Positions 1 through 10,176 of a stretch of 64,000 bases of DNA are shown one piece after another. Source of the stretch: Candidatus Pacearchaeota archaeon (lineage in GTDB: Archaea > Nanobdellota > Nanobdellia > Pacearchaeales > GW2011-AR1); assembly GCA_023139205.1 (NCBI GenBank), contig JAGLOA010000002.1, positions 27,530-91,529 on the forward strand, in the 5' to 3' direction. Position 1 is the stretch's first letter. Each line of letters opens with the position of its first letter. Both the position numbers and the translations under genes were made by a program. Under the pieces are notes generated by a model, which saw only the letters and a list, made by a program, of their open reading frames with translations, was not told the DNA's origin and made no database searches.

Positions 1-512
1 TTAATGTTATTACCCGTGGAAGTGTTTTATTAATAAGAACTTCCCCATGTTTAACTCCGAATGTTGCGATTCATGAGCTTTTACATGCACTTGGGTTTGA
101 CCATTCAGAAAATACTGAGAATATCATGTATTATATTAGTGAATGCGGGCAGTCTATTGGTGAAGACCAAGTTAATTTGATAAATGATCTTTATGAGTTG
201 CCTTCTTATCCTGATTTGGTTTTTGAAAATGTTTCTGCAAGTATTTCCGGGAGATATTTGAATGTTAATTTGACTATTAGAAATGCTGGTTTTAAAAAAT
301 CTGAAAAAACAGAAATAATAATTTACGCTGATGATGAGCTAACTAAATCTTTTTATCTTGAGAGTTTGGGGATTGGTAATGGAAAAGCAATAATTTTGAC
401 TAATATCTGGGTTCCCCGTATAACTGTTGAGAATTTAGAGTTTTATATTAATTCTGATTTTAATGAGCTTAAAAAAAAGAATAATAGAATAAGATTGGAT
501 ATAAAAGATTAG
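1..512 (+). CDS. 5'-truncated CDS; C-terminal part of a metzincin-type zinc metallopeptidase-like protein
   Basis: Frame 3 is open from the window edge into the listed ORF (126..512). The translation NVITRGSVLLIRTSPCLTPNVAIHELLHALGFDHSEN carries the HExxHxxGxxH zinc-binding consensus of metzincins. It ends with TAG. Confidence 0.5.
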   Translation, partial: NVITRGSVLLIRTSPCLTPNVAIHELLHALGFDHSENTENIMYYISECGQSIGEDQVNLINDLYELPSYPDLVFENVSASISGRYLNVNLTIRNAGFKKSEKTEIIIYADDELTKSFYLESLGIGNGKAIILTNIWVPRITVENLEFYINSDFNELKKKNNRIRLDIKD

Positions 513-769
513 TCGTCAAGATCTAAATCATCTATAACGTCATCCAAAAATTCTTCGTCTTCACCAAGATTTTTTTTTAGGTTGTCATCCATTTTTTGTT
601 TTGACTTTTTTGGAGTCCTCTTTTTTTTATACTTTGTAATAAATATTTTGTTTTATAAATATTTCTATATGGGAAAAGTTATTTTTGAAATTTATTTTGA
701 GAGAATATTTCTATAATTTTCTAAACTTTTTTTAGAAAGCTATTTAAGATTAGAAATTTTTTTAATATT

Positions 770-1195
770 ATGGATGAAGAACTAATTTTATTTAAAACAA
801 AATTTTGGAAAGTTGTTCTCTTTCCAGATCAAGCATATTTAGGAAGATGTGAAATTGTTCTTAAAAGAGATTCTGGCGAAATGTCAAATTTAACATCAGA
901 AGAATGGCTGGATTTTCATGAGAATATTGTTAAGAAATTAGAATTTACTTTCAAGAAAGTATTTGATGCTACAATGTTTAATTGGACTTGTTTAATGAAT
1001 AATGCTTATAAATCTGGAAATCCAAAACCTCAGGTTCATTGGCATTTTAGACCAAGATATAATCACGAAGTTAAATTTGCAGGAGAACAATTCCAAGATA
1101 TGGAATTTGCTCGTCATTATAATAGAGAACGAAAAATGATTGTTTCAAAAGAAATACTACAAAAAATTTCTAAAGAAGTAAAAAAATGTTTGTGA
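770..1195 (+). CDS. HIT-superfamily-like protein with a degenerate histidine triad
   Basis: C-terminal NNAYKSGNPKPQVHWHFRPRY resembles the HIT signature (N.G..AGQ.V.HxHxHxxPR) with the third His replaced. Size 141 aa. Confidence 0.4.
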   Translation: MDEELILFKTKFWKVVLFPDQAYLGRCEIVLKRDSGEMSNLTSEEWLDFHENIVKKLEFTFKKVFDATMFNWTCLMNNAYKSGNPKPQVHWHFRPRYNHEVKFAGEQFQDMEFARHYNRERKMIVSKEILQKISKEVKKCL

Positions 1196-1553
1196 CTGTG
1201 GCAAAATTAAACTTTAATGTCATATCTAATAAAATCAATTATTCTGTTTATTATTTTTGAAATTTTATTTTTTGGAAAAAACTTTTCTAAGAACATTGTT
1301 ATTAAGAGGATGGTTAAAAATACTCCAATAATAATTCCTATTAAAATTTCATATCCAAAATTATAAACCATCTTTTAAAGAATTTAATCTTCTTTTTATA
1401 TTTAATTATTATTTTTACATCCTCCACCCATGCTCCCATTCACACTAGCTTTTTTATGGATTAGGCTAGTGTAAATGCTCGTCGAACAGATTATTAATAC
1501 CCTTTGAATTTAAGCTTGAATCTGAAGATGAGGTGATTTTCAATCACCTGAAA

Positions 1554-1624
1554 TCCCTCCACCCAGAATCGAACTGGGACCAGTCGGGCTACAGCCAACT
1601 GCTCTACCACTAAGCTATAGAGGG
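1554..1624 (-). tRNA. tRNA-Tyr (anticodon GTA), no intron
   Basis: Hand-folded cloverleaf on the minus strand. Acceptor CCCTCTA/TGGAGGG with the archaeal/eukaryal Tyr C1-G72 pair, D arm GCTT-AGTGGTA-GAGC, anticodon stem GTTGG/CCGAC, loop CTGTAGC, T arm CCCAG-TTCGATT-CTGGG, discriminator A. CCA not encoded. Confidence 0.75.
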
Positions 1625-1724
1625 GTAATAATGTGAGAATTGTTTTCTTTTTAAGATTATCGATATAAGATTTTTGATTGCAATAATCTTTATAAATAAA
1701 TTAAATATCTCTGAAATAAGGAAA

Positions 1725-2171
1725 ATGAAAGATTTAGTGAATAAAATTAAAAGTGGAGGAAAGAAACTTTTGTTTGCTGGAGCATTTGTTTTAGGAATAA
1801 GTGGTTGTATGAAAGAAGATAATGTGTCTAAAAGTTTTTATGGTTTTGATGATTTTAATGGAGTAATTGGTGAAGAGTATTTGCGTTGTTATAATGATGG
1901 TCTTAGGTCTTATGATGAAATTCACCTTAAAATTTTTGAAGCAAAGAAATTATCAGATTCTTGTGTTTCAGGTTGGAAAATTGATTATGTTGATGAAAGA
2001 GGGGATAAAAAATTAGATTATGTTTTGGTTAATGGTTTTGGAATGGATTTAGAAAGATACACTCCAAAAGATCTAGGAAAAGAGGCTTGGGCTAAAGTTC
2101 AAAAAAAATATAAAAATTATTTAGATAAAATTCAAAAAGAAAAAATTAAAAGAGTTTTTGAAAAATTTTAA
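1725..2171 (+). CDS. hypothetical lipoprotein (lipobox LGISGC)
   Basis: ATG at 1725 follows an AAGGAAA Shine-Dalgarno-like motif (the listed ORF starts at an upstream TTG). N-terminus MKDLVNKIKSGGKKLLFAGAFVLGISGC looks like a signal peptide plus lipobox cysteine. Confidence 0.35.
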   Translation: MKDLVNKIKSGGKKLLFAGAFVLGISGCMKEDNVSKSFYGFDDFNGVIGEEYLRCYNDGLRSYDEIHLKIFEAKKLSDSCVSGWKIDYVDERGDKKLDYVLVNGFGMDLERYTPKDLGKEAWAKVQKKYKNYLDKIQKEKIKRVFEKF

Positions 2172-3547
2172 TCTTCAATATCTTTTTTTCTTTGTTCTGC
2201 TATAAAGAAAGCTCTGTTTGATTCTGTCTCTTGAATTTTCCCTTCTTTTTCATAAATTGCTGTTGCTGTTGGAAGTGCAAATTTTCCTAAAACTCCAATT
2301 TTAGAATAAATTATATAAGACAAAATTCTTGTTTCCCCTTCTTCTAATTTTTCAAAACTCCATTCCATTCTTTTGTTTTTCTCATCTATTCTAATTGGTT
2401 TTTCTCCCCCAAATCTTTCGTAGATTTTTACCAGTGCCGGGAGCTTGTCAATTATGCTGACTTTTTCAACATATTTTCTAGAGTGAATTAATATGGAAAC
2501 TTTTAATGCAAATTCTCCTCCTTTTGCGTGAACAAAAGCAACTTTTTTCTTTAATGATAAATTTGTTTTAGTGTATTGTTTTGCCAAAACTACTGTCACG
2601 ATTATTAATAAAATTAAAATAAATGGAAATAACCAATTTGTTTTAACAACAATTTCCAATGTTTCTCCAGGGTTTATATTTTTGTTCCAGGTGTAGTAAA
2701 CAAGAAAACCTTGTCTTTCAGAAATATCTGGTTCAGGGCTAAAACTTGTAAATAATCTTGAGATAATGTTCTTTTTTATTATTGTTTGAGATCCAGAAAC
2801 AATATTTCCTTGATTTATTTTTTTAATTATTTTTGTGTTTATGATGATCCCATAATCTTTTGACTCTGTTTTTAAATCACCTTTTTCCACGAATTTTATT
2901 GTTCCTTCGATATCTGCTTTTTTCTTTTCAACATTTATTTCAGCTGTTAAGGTGTAGAATCCTGCCATTAGTTTTTTGAAATCTTCTTTATCTACCCGAA
3001 TCTCAAAACTTTTTCTTTCATTTGATTCAAGAGAAAATTCTTCTTCAAAATTAAAAAAAGAAGATTTGAATTTTGCGTTGATATTGTCGAAATTTACATT
3101 GTACTTATTTTTTATATAAACCTTTAAAGTGCTTGAGTCTGAATTAAAATCTTTAGAACCAATTTCAAATGCATCTTTTAATTCAATTACATTTAATGTT
3201 AATGATTTTTCTATTTCAGATTCATCTGATCCCCTTATTGTGAACTTAAAATTATACAATCCCTTTATTTTTAGTTCTTCTATTGGTGTAAATGTTAATT
3301 TTATTTCTTTTATTTCTTTGTTATCTAGATAAATATTTTTTGGGCTCATACTCATTCCAACTAAATTGTAAAGTTTGAAAGTATCTGAACTCCCTAAGTT
3401 CTCGAACTTTAAATCAAATACAGCTGAAGTTTTTAAATCAGTTATTAAAACTTCATTTGAGCTTTGTTTTGTAATTTCTACATTTATTGCTAAAACTACT
3501 GGTAAAAATAACAGGATTAGTGCTGTTAAAAGTAATATTTTTTTCAT
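2168..3547 (-). CDS. secreted, membrane-anchored beta-rich surface protein, function unknown
   Basis: N-terminal signal peptide MKKILLLTALILLFLPVVLA, a long Ser/Asn/Lys-rich beta-type region, and a single C-terminal transmembrane segment (WLFPFILILLIIVTVVLA) with a short cytoplasmic tail. Confidence 0.45.
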   Translation of the reverse strand: MKKILLLTALILLFLPVVLAINVEITKQSSNEVLITDLKTSAVFDLKFENLGSSDTFKLYNLVGMSMSPKNIYLDNKEIKEIKLTFTPIEELKIKGLYNFKFTIRGSDESEIEKSLTLNVIELKDAFEIGSKDFNSDSSTLKVYIKNKYNVNFDNINAKFKSSFFNFEEEFSLESNERKSFEIRVDKEDFKKLMAGFYTLTAEINVEKKKADIEGTIKFVEKGDLKTESKDYGIIINTKIIKKINQGNIVSGSQTIIKKNIISRLFTSFSPEPDISERQGFLVYYTWNKNINPGETLEIVVKTNWLFPFILILLIIVTVVLAKQYTKTNLSLKKKVAFVHAKGGEFALKVSILIHSRKYVEKVSIIDKLPALVKIYERFGGEKPIRIDEKNKRMEWSFEKLEEGETRILSYIIYSKIGVLGKFALPTATAIYEKEGKIQETESNRAFFIAEQRKKDIED

Positions 3548-3602
3548 TTTAAAACAAGATGTAAATTCTATTTAAAGATTTCTGTCTTTTAAGCTTAGAT
3601 AA

Positions 3603-4106
3603 TCAACGTTTACCTTCTAAATCTAAGTAAGCTTTTGATTGAGATAAGAATTCATCACAATCTCCTATGAGTTTTTCTTCATATTGCTCTATTCTTGAAG
3701 GAATTACCCATTTTTCATAAATTGCTCTTAAAAATTTTTGAAAACTTGTTCTCTCAAATTTACCCTCATAATCTCTTATAAGGGTTCCTTTTAAAATTAC
3801 TTTAATGTCCCCTTTATTTGTTTTTATTTTTGTATTGTTTTGATTTATTTCTACTTTTGTCAGACCAACTATCTCGAATTTAATTTTAAATTCAAATTTA
3901 AAATAATCTGTAACTTTTCTTGTTCCTGTCCATTCAACTTTTACGTTTTTTGAATCTCCTATTATTTTTTCAGTATACTTGTTTTCAGCTACTATTAAAT
4001 CTGTTTCTTCTATTAACCAATCATAACAAAACTTATAGAAATCTGAAAATGAGAAAATCCCATTATATTTTACATTGCTTGAAAAAATTGTGTCTTTTTC
4101 TGCCAT
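3603..4106 (-). CDS. hypothetical protein
   Basis: 167-aa ORF, K/E-rich, no motif recognised. Confidence 0.35.
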   Translation of the reverse strand: MAEKDTIFSSNVKYNGIFSFSDFYKFCYDWLIEETDLIVAENKYTEKIIGDSKNVKVEWTGTRKVTDYFKFEFKIKFEIVGLTKVEINQNNTKIKTNKGDIKVILKGTLIRDYEGKFERTSFQKFLRAIYEKWVIPSRIEQYEEKLIGDCDEFLSQSKAYLDLEGKR

Positions 4107-4162
4107 CTTTTATAGAGATAAATAGAATCTTTATTTAAATATTCTTCGGAAAAGAAAACTTA

Positions 4163-4729
4163 TTATTGTATTGCATTTTTACATGATTCGCAAATAAGCA
4201 TACCATTTACTCTAAATAAAATATCCTGATTCCCGCATTCTTCACAAATCCCTTCTTCTGTGAAATTTCTGCTCCTTGCTTTTTTTATTCTTTTTAATTT
4301 TTTTGTTTCTTCTCTAATTTGTGCTAATTCATCTAGTTCTGGATAAACTTCTGGGTGGAAACTTAAAATGTCTTTTATTGTTATTACTCCTACAAATTCT
4401 TTATTATGGATAACAGGCAGTTTTTCAAATTTCAATTTTTTCATTTTTTCAATGGCTTGTTTAATAGTAAAGGAGGGTTTTATTGTTGCTATTTTTTTTG
4501 GAGAAATATCAACTGCTTTAATTGTAGATAAATCATTTTTTGTTTTTTTGATTAATGCCCATAAAATGTCCTGCTGGGAAATAAATCCTACAAGTTTTTT
4601 CTTATCTACAATTGGTAAACTTCCGACTCTTTTTCTTACCATTTTTTTTGCACATTCTAACAGATTTGTATCTGGGTCAATTGTAATTGACTCTCTTGTC
4701 ATGATGTCTGCAACTAGTATGTTTTTCAT
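4163..4729 (-). CDS. CBS-pair domain protein with a C-terminal zinc ribbon
   Basis: Two CBS-like repeats (…SLPIVDKKKLVGFISQQDIL… and …LPVIHNKEFVGVITIKDIL…) and a terminal CEECGN…CESCKN Cys4 motif. Confidence 0.6.
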   Translation of the reverse strand: MKNILVADIMTRESITIDPDTNLLECAKKMVRKRVGSLPIVDKKKLVGFISQQDILWALIKKTKNDLSTIKAVDISPKKIATIKPSFTIKQAIEKMKKLKFEKLPVIHNKEFVGVITIKDILSFHPEVYPELDELAQIREETKKLKRIKKARSRNFTEEGICEECGNQDILFRVNGMLICESCKNAIQ

Positions 4730-4825
4730 GATTTTATTAAGGGTCTTTTACTTATAAATTTTACTCAAAAGATTTGTTTTCTGCATTACAATAATCTTTA
4801 AATAAATCACTTAAGAGGGTGTAAT

Positions 4826-6442
4826 ATGACAGAAAAACCAGTTGTTCTTATGCCAGAAGATATTCAAAGAATTATGGGAAAAGATGCTCAGAGGAACAAC
4901 ATTTTGGCGGCAAAAATGGTTTCTGAGGTTATTAAAACGACTTTGGGTCCAAAGGGTATGGATAAGATGCTTGTTTCTCCTGTAAATGATATTATTGTGA
5001 CAAATGATGGGGTTACTATTTTAGATGAGATGCAGATTGAACATCCTGCCGCGAAAATGATGGTTGAGATTGCTAAAACTCAGGAGAGCGAGGTTGGTGA
5101 CGGAACTACTACTGCGGTGATGATTGCAGGGAAGCTTTTGGAAAATGCTGAAAAACTTTTAGATAAGAAAATTCATCCAACAATTATCACAAAGGGTTAC
5201 GGGCTTGCAGCGAGAAAAAGTCAGGAAATTTTAAATGAGATTGCTTTGAAAATTACTCCTGAAAATGAAGATGTTTTAAAACAAGTTGCTATGACTGCTA
5301 TGACTGGTAAGGGTGCAGAGGGTTTTAAAAAGAATTTTGCAGAGATTATTGTTAAGGCAGTGAAGCAGGTTCAGAATAATGGAAAAATTGATTTAAAGGA
5401 TATTAAAATAGAAAAATCAAAAGGAGATGGGATTAAAGATACTGAATTGATTTCAGGTATTGTTTTAGATAAAGAAAAAGTTTCTGTTGATATGCCAGAG
5501 ATAGTTGATAATGCAAAAATTGCTTTAATTGATTTTCCTTTGGAATTAAAAAATCCTGAAATAGATACTAAAATTTCTATTTCTTCTCCTGAGCAATTGC
5601 AGGGTTTTATTGATCAGGAAGAAAAAACCATAAAAAATATGATTGAGAAAGTTAAAATGTCTGGTGCAAATGTTGTTTTTTGTCAAAAAGGGGTTGATGA
5701 TTTTGCACAATATTTGTTATCTAAAGAAAAAATTTATTGTTGCAGGAGGGTTGGAAGAAGTGATATGGAGAAAATCTCAAAAGCAACTGGAGGAAAAATT
5801 GTGAGTAATTTGGGGGAGTTGAATTCTTCTGAATTGGGAAATGCTCAGATTGTACAAGAGATAAAACATGGGGATGATACTTTAACTTATATAGAAGGAT
5901 GCCAAAATCCTAAAGCTTTGACAATTTTGATTCATGGGGGAACAGAGCATGTTATTGATGAAATTGAAAGAGCAATTAAAGATGGGTTGGGGGATGTTGT
6001 GTCTTCTTTGAAAACTGGTTTGGTTGTTCCAGGGGGAGGAGCTATTGAAATTGAACTTGCAAGAAGACTCAGGAATTTTGGGCAGACATTAAGCGGGAGA
6101 GAGCAGCTTGCTGTTGAAGAATTTGCATCTGCTTTGGAATTTATTCCAGTAACTCTTGCAGAAAATGCTGGTTTAGATCCAATTGATGTTTTAACTGAAT
6201 TAAAATCAAGGCATGATTCTGGTGAGAGAAATGCAGGTTTGAATTTATTTACCAACAAAGTTGAAAATGTTTTAGAAGCAAGAATTATTGAGCCATATAA
6301 AATAAAAACTCAGGCAATAAATTCTGCTTCAGAAGTTGCTATTATGATTTTAAGAATAGATGATGTTATTGCCAGTTCCGGGAAAGGTGGAAGTATGCAG
6401 GGAATGGGGGGAATGCCTTCTGGAATGGCTGGGTTGGATTAA
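4826..6442 (+). CDS. ths: thermosome subunit (group II chaperonin, Cpn60/TCP-1 family)
   Basis: 538 aa. Carries GPKGMDKML, the GDGTTT ATP-binding motif, VVPGGGA, and a C-terminal GGM-type tail ([15 protein letters not shown]). Confidence 0.95.
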   Translation: MTEKPVVLMPEDIQRIMGKDAQRNNILAAKMVSEVIKTTLGPKGMDKMLVSPVNDIIVTNDGVTILDEMQIEHPAAKMMVEIAKTQESEVGDGTTTAVMIAGKLLENAEKLLDKKIHPTIITKGYGLAARKSQEILNEIALKITPENEDVLKQVAMTAMTGKGAEGFKKNFAEIIVKAVKQVQNNGKIDLKDIKIEKSKGDGIKDTELISGIVLDKEKVSVDMPEIVDNAKIALIDFPLELKNPEIDTKISISSPEQLQGFIDQEEKTIKNMIEKVKMSGANVVFCQKGVDDFAQYLLSKEKIYCCRRVGRSDMEKISKATGGKIVSNLGELNSSELGNAQIVQEIKHGDDTLTYIEGCQNPKALTILIHGGTEHVIDEIERAIKDGLGDVVSSLKTGLVVPGGGAIEIELARRLRNFGQTLSGREQLAVEEFASALEFIPVTLAENAGLDPIDVLTELKSRHDSGERNAGLNLFTNKVENVLEARIIEPYKIKTQAINSASEVAIMILRIDDVIASSGKGGSMQGMGGMPSGMAGLD

Positions 6443-6450
6443 TTTTTGTA

Positions 6451-7437
6451 TTAGATATAATCTTGAAGATTAATATTCTGATAACTAACTTCATAGCCTT
6501 TAACTGTTAAGATTCCTGTTTGACCAGTATCTAAATGTCCAGAATTCCAGAACAATTCATTTACTTTTTCTCCTTCTGGAACAGGATATCCATTTCTATT
6601 ATTTGCTCTGTGTCCACTTTCATGGAAATGTCCGCTAACTGCTTTAGTTATTCCTAATTCTTCATAAATATTTTTTAAATCTTCATTACCCCTATTTGCT
6701 CTTTTTATCTTTACTGGATAACCTGCTTGGACAATTTGTTGGGCAACCGGAAGCGGAAAAACCGAATTTTTCTTAACTTCGTCTCCTTGCAAATTAAAAT
6801 CTTCTGTAGCTTCACCAAATTGTGCCATATCTACAGCAGTTTCAAGATTATTGAACTTTCTTGGAACATGACAAACTACTATTGTTTTATCTGGATGTGT
6901 AACTAATTTTCTTAAGTCTCCTATGTTTGAATATTGCATGGCTCCTTGAGCGATTCCTTTTTGAAGTGCACTCAGATATTGATTAAAATCTTCAAATTGT
7001 AATAAACCTTTTTCTGTTTGAATAAATCTTCCAGAAGGAATTTCATTATTTCCTATTTGATATTCTCCGCCACAAGAAAAATCAGAACCAGGTAAAAATA
7101 CAAGATCATGCCCTTCTTGTTCAACTTTTTGATTTTTTGTAGCATCGATAATATTTGAATATTGTTTTGTAAAATGTTCAATTACAGGACCATAAGCTAA
7201 AAGAGTTTCATGACTTCCTGATTGGATAAATGCTTCTAAACCACTTTTGCCAATTGAATCTAAAATAAAAGCTGTATAGTTTTGACTATTTTGCAATGTT
7301 TTTTGTTGGTTTCCAATATCTCCATTAACCAAAAGTTTCTCTGCTCCTTTTGATTTTAATACTTTTATAGCTACTGGAACTATTCTTGGATCTTGATGAA
7401 TATCAGATATAACTCCGTATTTTGTTTCTCTTGTCAT
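6451..7437 (-). CDS. calcineurin-like metallophosphoesterase
   Basis: Shows GVISDIHQD, VNGDIGN, a GHDLVFLPG-type motif and GHFHE, the typical metallophosphatase metal-ligand motifs. Confidence 0.7.
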   Translation of the reverse strand: MTRETKYGVISDIHQDPRIVPVAIKVLKSKGAEKLLVNGDIGNQQKTLQNSQNYTAFILDSIGKSGLEAFIQSGSHETLLAYGPVIEHFTKQYSNIIDATKNQKVEQEGHDLVFLPGSDFSCGGEYQIGNNEIPSGRFIQTEKGLLQFEDFNQYLSALQKGIAQGAMQYSNIGDLRKLVTHPDKTIVVCHVPRKFNNLETAVDMAQFGEATEDFNLQGDEVKKNSVFPLPVAQQIVQAGYPVKIKRANRGNEDLKNIYEELGITKAVSGHFHESGHRANNRNGYPVPEGEKVNELFWNSGHLDTGQTGILTVKGYEVSYQNINLQDYI

Positions 7438-7503
7438 AAGAAATTTTTTAGAAAGATCTTTTTAAATGTTCGTATTGTTTTAACTAAAAAAGAGTAGATT
7501 CAA

Positions 7504-8358
7504 TTAACTCAGAACAGCATAAACTACACATCCAATTATTATTAATGCAGCAACCATGTTTTTCCAGTTTAATTTTTCTTTAAGAAATTTCCAGGCTAAG
7601 ATGTAAATGAAGATTGGTCCAAGCATGATCATTAGTGTTGTGAAGATTATCCCTAAGTTAATATATCCCCAGTAAATTACTATTCTGTAAACTGCCCAGA
7701 CTATCCCAGCAATTAATATTAATGCCCATGATTTTTTTTCAATTGATTTAAGTTTTGGTCTGAAAACAATTAAACTAAATAAGAAAATAAATGAACATCT
7801 TATGAAGTAAAAAGTTATTGGAGAATAATGATCTAAAATTAATCTTGAGATGATTAGTTCTAATGCAAAGAAGAAACTTCCGAGAATTGCAGCAATGAAA
7901 TATTTATTGAAATTTAAATGGTGTTTTTTTACATGAGAGAATATTAATGCTAATGCAGCGATTAATGCAGGAATTACAAATTTAAAATTTTTGTCATATA
8001 ATCCACTATCAATGAAGAAGCTAAAAATAATTGCAAGGAATATAATAAACAATGGTTCAAGAATTCTTGCAGGTTCAAGGTTTGTTATTTTTTCCCATTT
8101 CATTGAATAAAAAATAAACATATTTGCGATTAGCGAAACTATAATTACCCCTAAGAAAATTAAAATATTCTGCCATTGTAATGCCTGAGCATCTAATCTC
8201 CAGAAAAAATAAATAAATGGGAGCATAGCTAAAACAATTGCCATAAAACAAGCAGTCTGGTATAATTTTATGTTCATGTTTTTTTTAATTAAAACTATTT
8301 TTTCCAGAATTGTTCCTGTTGCTAGTGCCAATGCTCCTAGAATTGGTATGTATATCAT
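7504..8358 (-). CDS. polytopic membrane protein, EamA/DMT-like transporter
   Basis: About ten hydrophobic helices. The listed ORF extends to 8418 through a non-ATG start, and the internal Met at 8358 (MIYIPILGALALA…) is the more likely start. Confidence 0.5.
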   Translation of the reverse strand: MIYIPILGALALATGTILEKIVLIKKNMNIKLYQTACFMAIVLAMLPFIYFFWRLDAQALQWQNILIFLGVIIVSLIANMFIFYSMKWEKITNLEPARILEPLFIIFLAIIFSFFIDSGLYDKNFKFVIPALIAALALIFSHVKKHHLNFNKYFIAAILGSFFFALELIISRLILDHYSPITFYFIRCSFIFLFSLIVFRPKLKSIEKKSWALILIAGIVWAVYRIVIYWGYINLGIIFTTLMIMLGPIFIYILAWKFLKEKLNWKNMVAALIIIGCVVYAVLS

Positions 8359-8570
8359 GAAAACAACCTCCAGGTTTTTTTCGATTTTCCACTCGACACG
8401 GATGGGCGATTTTTTCAATTGCCTCTGACGAAAATCGCATAAAAACCTCTTTTGATAAAATTAATAGGAAAAATGAGTTTATAAAATTTAAGAACAAGAT
8501 TAAATACTGTGGAATGACATAAAGTTTATATTCCCTTAAATTGTTTGTAAGGTGTTAAAGGAGGAAACAA

Positions 8571-8834
8571 ATGAAAAAAATAAATGCTAAAACTATTGAG
8601 ATAGAAGTTAAGGAAGCAAAAAAGGCAGTGAAAAAAGCAAAAAAAGAAATTAGAGAAGCTGAAGAAATAACAAGTGATGCGCAAAAAGAAGTTGTTGAAG
8701 CTGCAGGAGTTGTAAATGGAAAACAAAAAAAGAAATTTACAGGTGCTGCAAGGGATTTAGAAAAAGCAGTTCATTCTGCGGCAGAATCCTGTGAAGCTAT
8801 AGAAGAAGCAGATTTTAAAATAAAAAATAAATAG
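8571..8834 (+). CDS. small K/E-rich coiled-coil protein, unknown
   Basis: 87-aa ORF preceded by a GGAGG Shine-Dalgarno-like motif (AAAGGAGGAAACAAATG). Strongly charged. Confidence 0.3.
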   Translation: MKKINAKTIEIEVKEAKKAVKKAKKEIREAEEITSDAQKEVVEAAGVVNGKQKKKFTGAARDLEKAVHSAAESCEAIEEADFKIKNK

Positions 8835-8863
8835 AGAAGTGTGAGAAAATTTAAAAACTTGTT

Positions 8864-9529
8864 TTGTTATTTATTTTTATGAAAAGAGAGGAACCAAAAA
8901 AGGAAGTGAGTTTTATAACTGTGATTAATTTTATAGCAGGAATTTTTCTTTTGTTTTTGGCGATTGGTATGTTGGCTATGTCAAAATATTTCTTAGCTAT
9001 TCTTTTTTTCCTTCTTGTTGTTTTTATTTTTTTACCTCAAAAAATTTTGAAGATTAATAAATGGTTTAAACTTTTGATTGTTGTAATTGGTTTTTTTGTC
9101 GGGGCATTTATTTTAGGTGTAAATTTACCTTCTTCTGAACCAAAATTTGAATATTATAATCTTAATGAAGAATTTATTTTAAATTTTAATAATGCTAATT
9201 TTTCAATGACTATTACTAAAATTACTAAAGAAGATAAAATCGTTGTTAATGATGAAGAAAGAACCACTGAAGGAATTTTTCTTCTTGTTCATGGAGATGT
9301 TACTAATTTGGGAAAAATTGCAACTGATTTTGGTTTTTACTCTGGTTTAAATGATAATCAAAATAATTCTTATTCTGTTATTTCGTTTTCTTTTGATGAA
9401 GGAGCATTACAACCTAATTTAAAAAGAGATTTTTTTAATGTGTTTGAAATTCAGAAAGACGCATCTGGATTAGAATTTAGTGTTGGAGATGATACTAATC
9501 TTATTAGAGTTATAGATTTAGGGATTTGA
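8864..9529 (+). CDS. membrane-anchored hypothetical protein
   Basis: Two or three N-terminal transmembrane helices followed by a beta-rich extracytoplasmic domain (about 130 aa). Confidence 0.35.
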   Translation: MLFIFMKREEPKKEVSFITVINFIAGIFLLFLAIGMLAMSKYFLAILFFLLVVFIFLPQKILKINKWFKLLIVVIGFFVGAFILGVNLPSSEPKFEYYNLNEEFILNFNNANFSMTITKITKEDKIVVNDEERTTEGIFLLVHGDVTNLGKIATDFGFYSGLNDNQNNSYSVISFSFDEGALQPNLKRDFFNVFEIQKDASGLEFSVGDDTNLIRVIDLGI

Positions 9530-9584
9530 TTTTGTGGTGTTTAAGTATATTAATCTTTAAAAAGAATTAAAGAGTAAATTTTTT

Positions 9585-9941
9585 ATGGGACTTTTTGGTT
9601 GTGAGAAATCTAAAAAAATTAAAGAAAAAGAATCTGAGAATTTAGAGAAAATAGTCGGAAAAGTAGTTGAAAAAAAAGAAATAACAAGGGGAATTCTTGA
9701 TGAAAAAACTACTTCTTATGTTCTTTCAAAAGAAGATAAAAATATTTATTGTGCTTTTTTAGGGCATTATAAAGATTCTCCAAAGAAAGGAGATTTGGTG
9801 GAAGTTCATTTAACAGATAAATCATGTGGAACTAATTTTTGGAATAAAAGGAATAAATTAGAAAAGGGATATTTTGAATTTGAAGAAGGGACAATTCCAT
9901 ATAAAGAGATAAAAAGATATAAAATTCTTAAGAGTTCTTAA
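9585..9941 (+). CDS. hypothetical small protein, possible lipoprotein (MGLFGC)
   Basis: 118-aa ORF with an N-terminal Cys in a lipobox-like context. Confidence 0.3.
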   Translation: MGLFGCEKSKKIKEKESENLEKIVGKVVEKKEITRGILDEKTTSYVLSKEDKNIYCAFLGHYKDSPKKGDLVEVHLTDKSCGTNFWNKRNKLEKGYFEFEEGTIPYKEIKRYKILKSS

Positions 9942-9947
9942 AAATTA

Positions 9948-10094
9948 TGCGCGGTCCGGGAATTGAACCCGGCTCACCTCGTTTTTGCTTTTTTATTTCG
10001 AGCGAATGCGAGCATTTGCAGGAAAGGTAGTGTCAGGAAAACCCGGGTTTTCCCACATTGGCAACGAGATATTCTACCAATAAACTAACCACGC
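9948..10094 (-). tRNA. tRNA-Gly (anticodon GCC) with a 76-nt intron after position 37
   Basis: Minus-strand fold. Acceptor GCGTGGT/ACCGCGC, anticodon stem TCTCG/CGAGG, loop TTGCCA|intron|A, T arm CCGGG-TTCAATT-CCCGG, discriminator A. The intron holds a GGAAAACCCGGGTTTTCC hairpin. An alternative Trp(CCA) register was rejected because it loses U33. Confidence 0.6.
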
Positions 10095-10176
10095 TTAAGA
10101 AATAAGATTAAATTGATATTTAAAGATTATCAAGAAAATTTATAAACTATGGCTTCTATAGCTGCTATAGATTAAA

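Noticed and set aside
512-592. 27-aa acidic minus-strand peptide (MDDNLKKNLGEDEEFLDDVIDDLDLDD)
   Set aside because: Too short and compositionally trivial to call without expression or conservation data.
3129-3575. Two 66-67 aa plus-strand ORFs antisense to the surface protein gene 2168..3547
   Set aside because: Embedded antisense, low complexity, no start signals.
5932-6258. 108-aa antisense ORF inside the thermosome gene
   Set aside because: It is fully embedded antisense to a highly conserved CDS. The same applies to the antisense ORFs inside rpoB (54286..54561, 56431..56631, 56754..57062), rpoA (57206..57520), nrdD (49227..49502, 50738..50956) and others.
8407-8445. GCGATTTT…AAAATCGC inverted repeat near the 5' end of the transporter gene
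   Set aside because: It overlaps the non-ATG N-terminal extension of the listed ORF and could simply be a 5'-UTR hairpin. There is no basis to call a specific regulatory element.
9948-10094. Alternative reading of the intron-containing tRNA as tRNA-Trp (CCA)
   Set aside because: That register places G at position 33 instead of the invariant U, and a clean intron-less tRNA-Trp(CCA) exists at 36219..36289.
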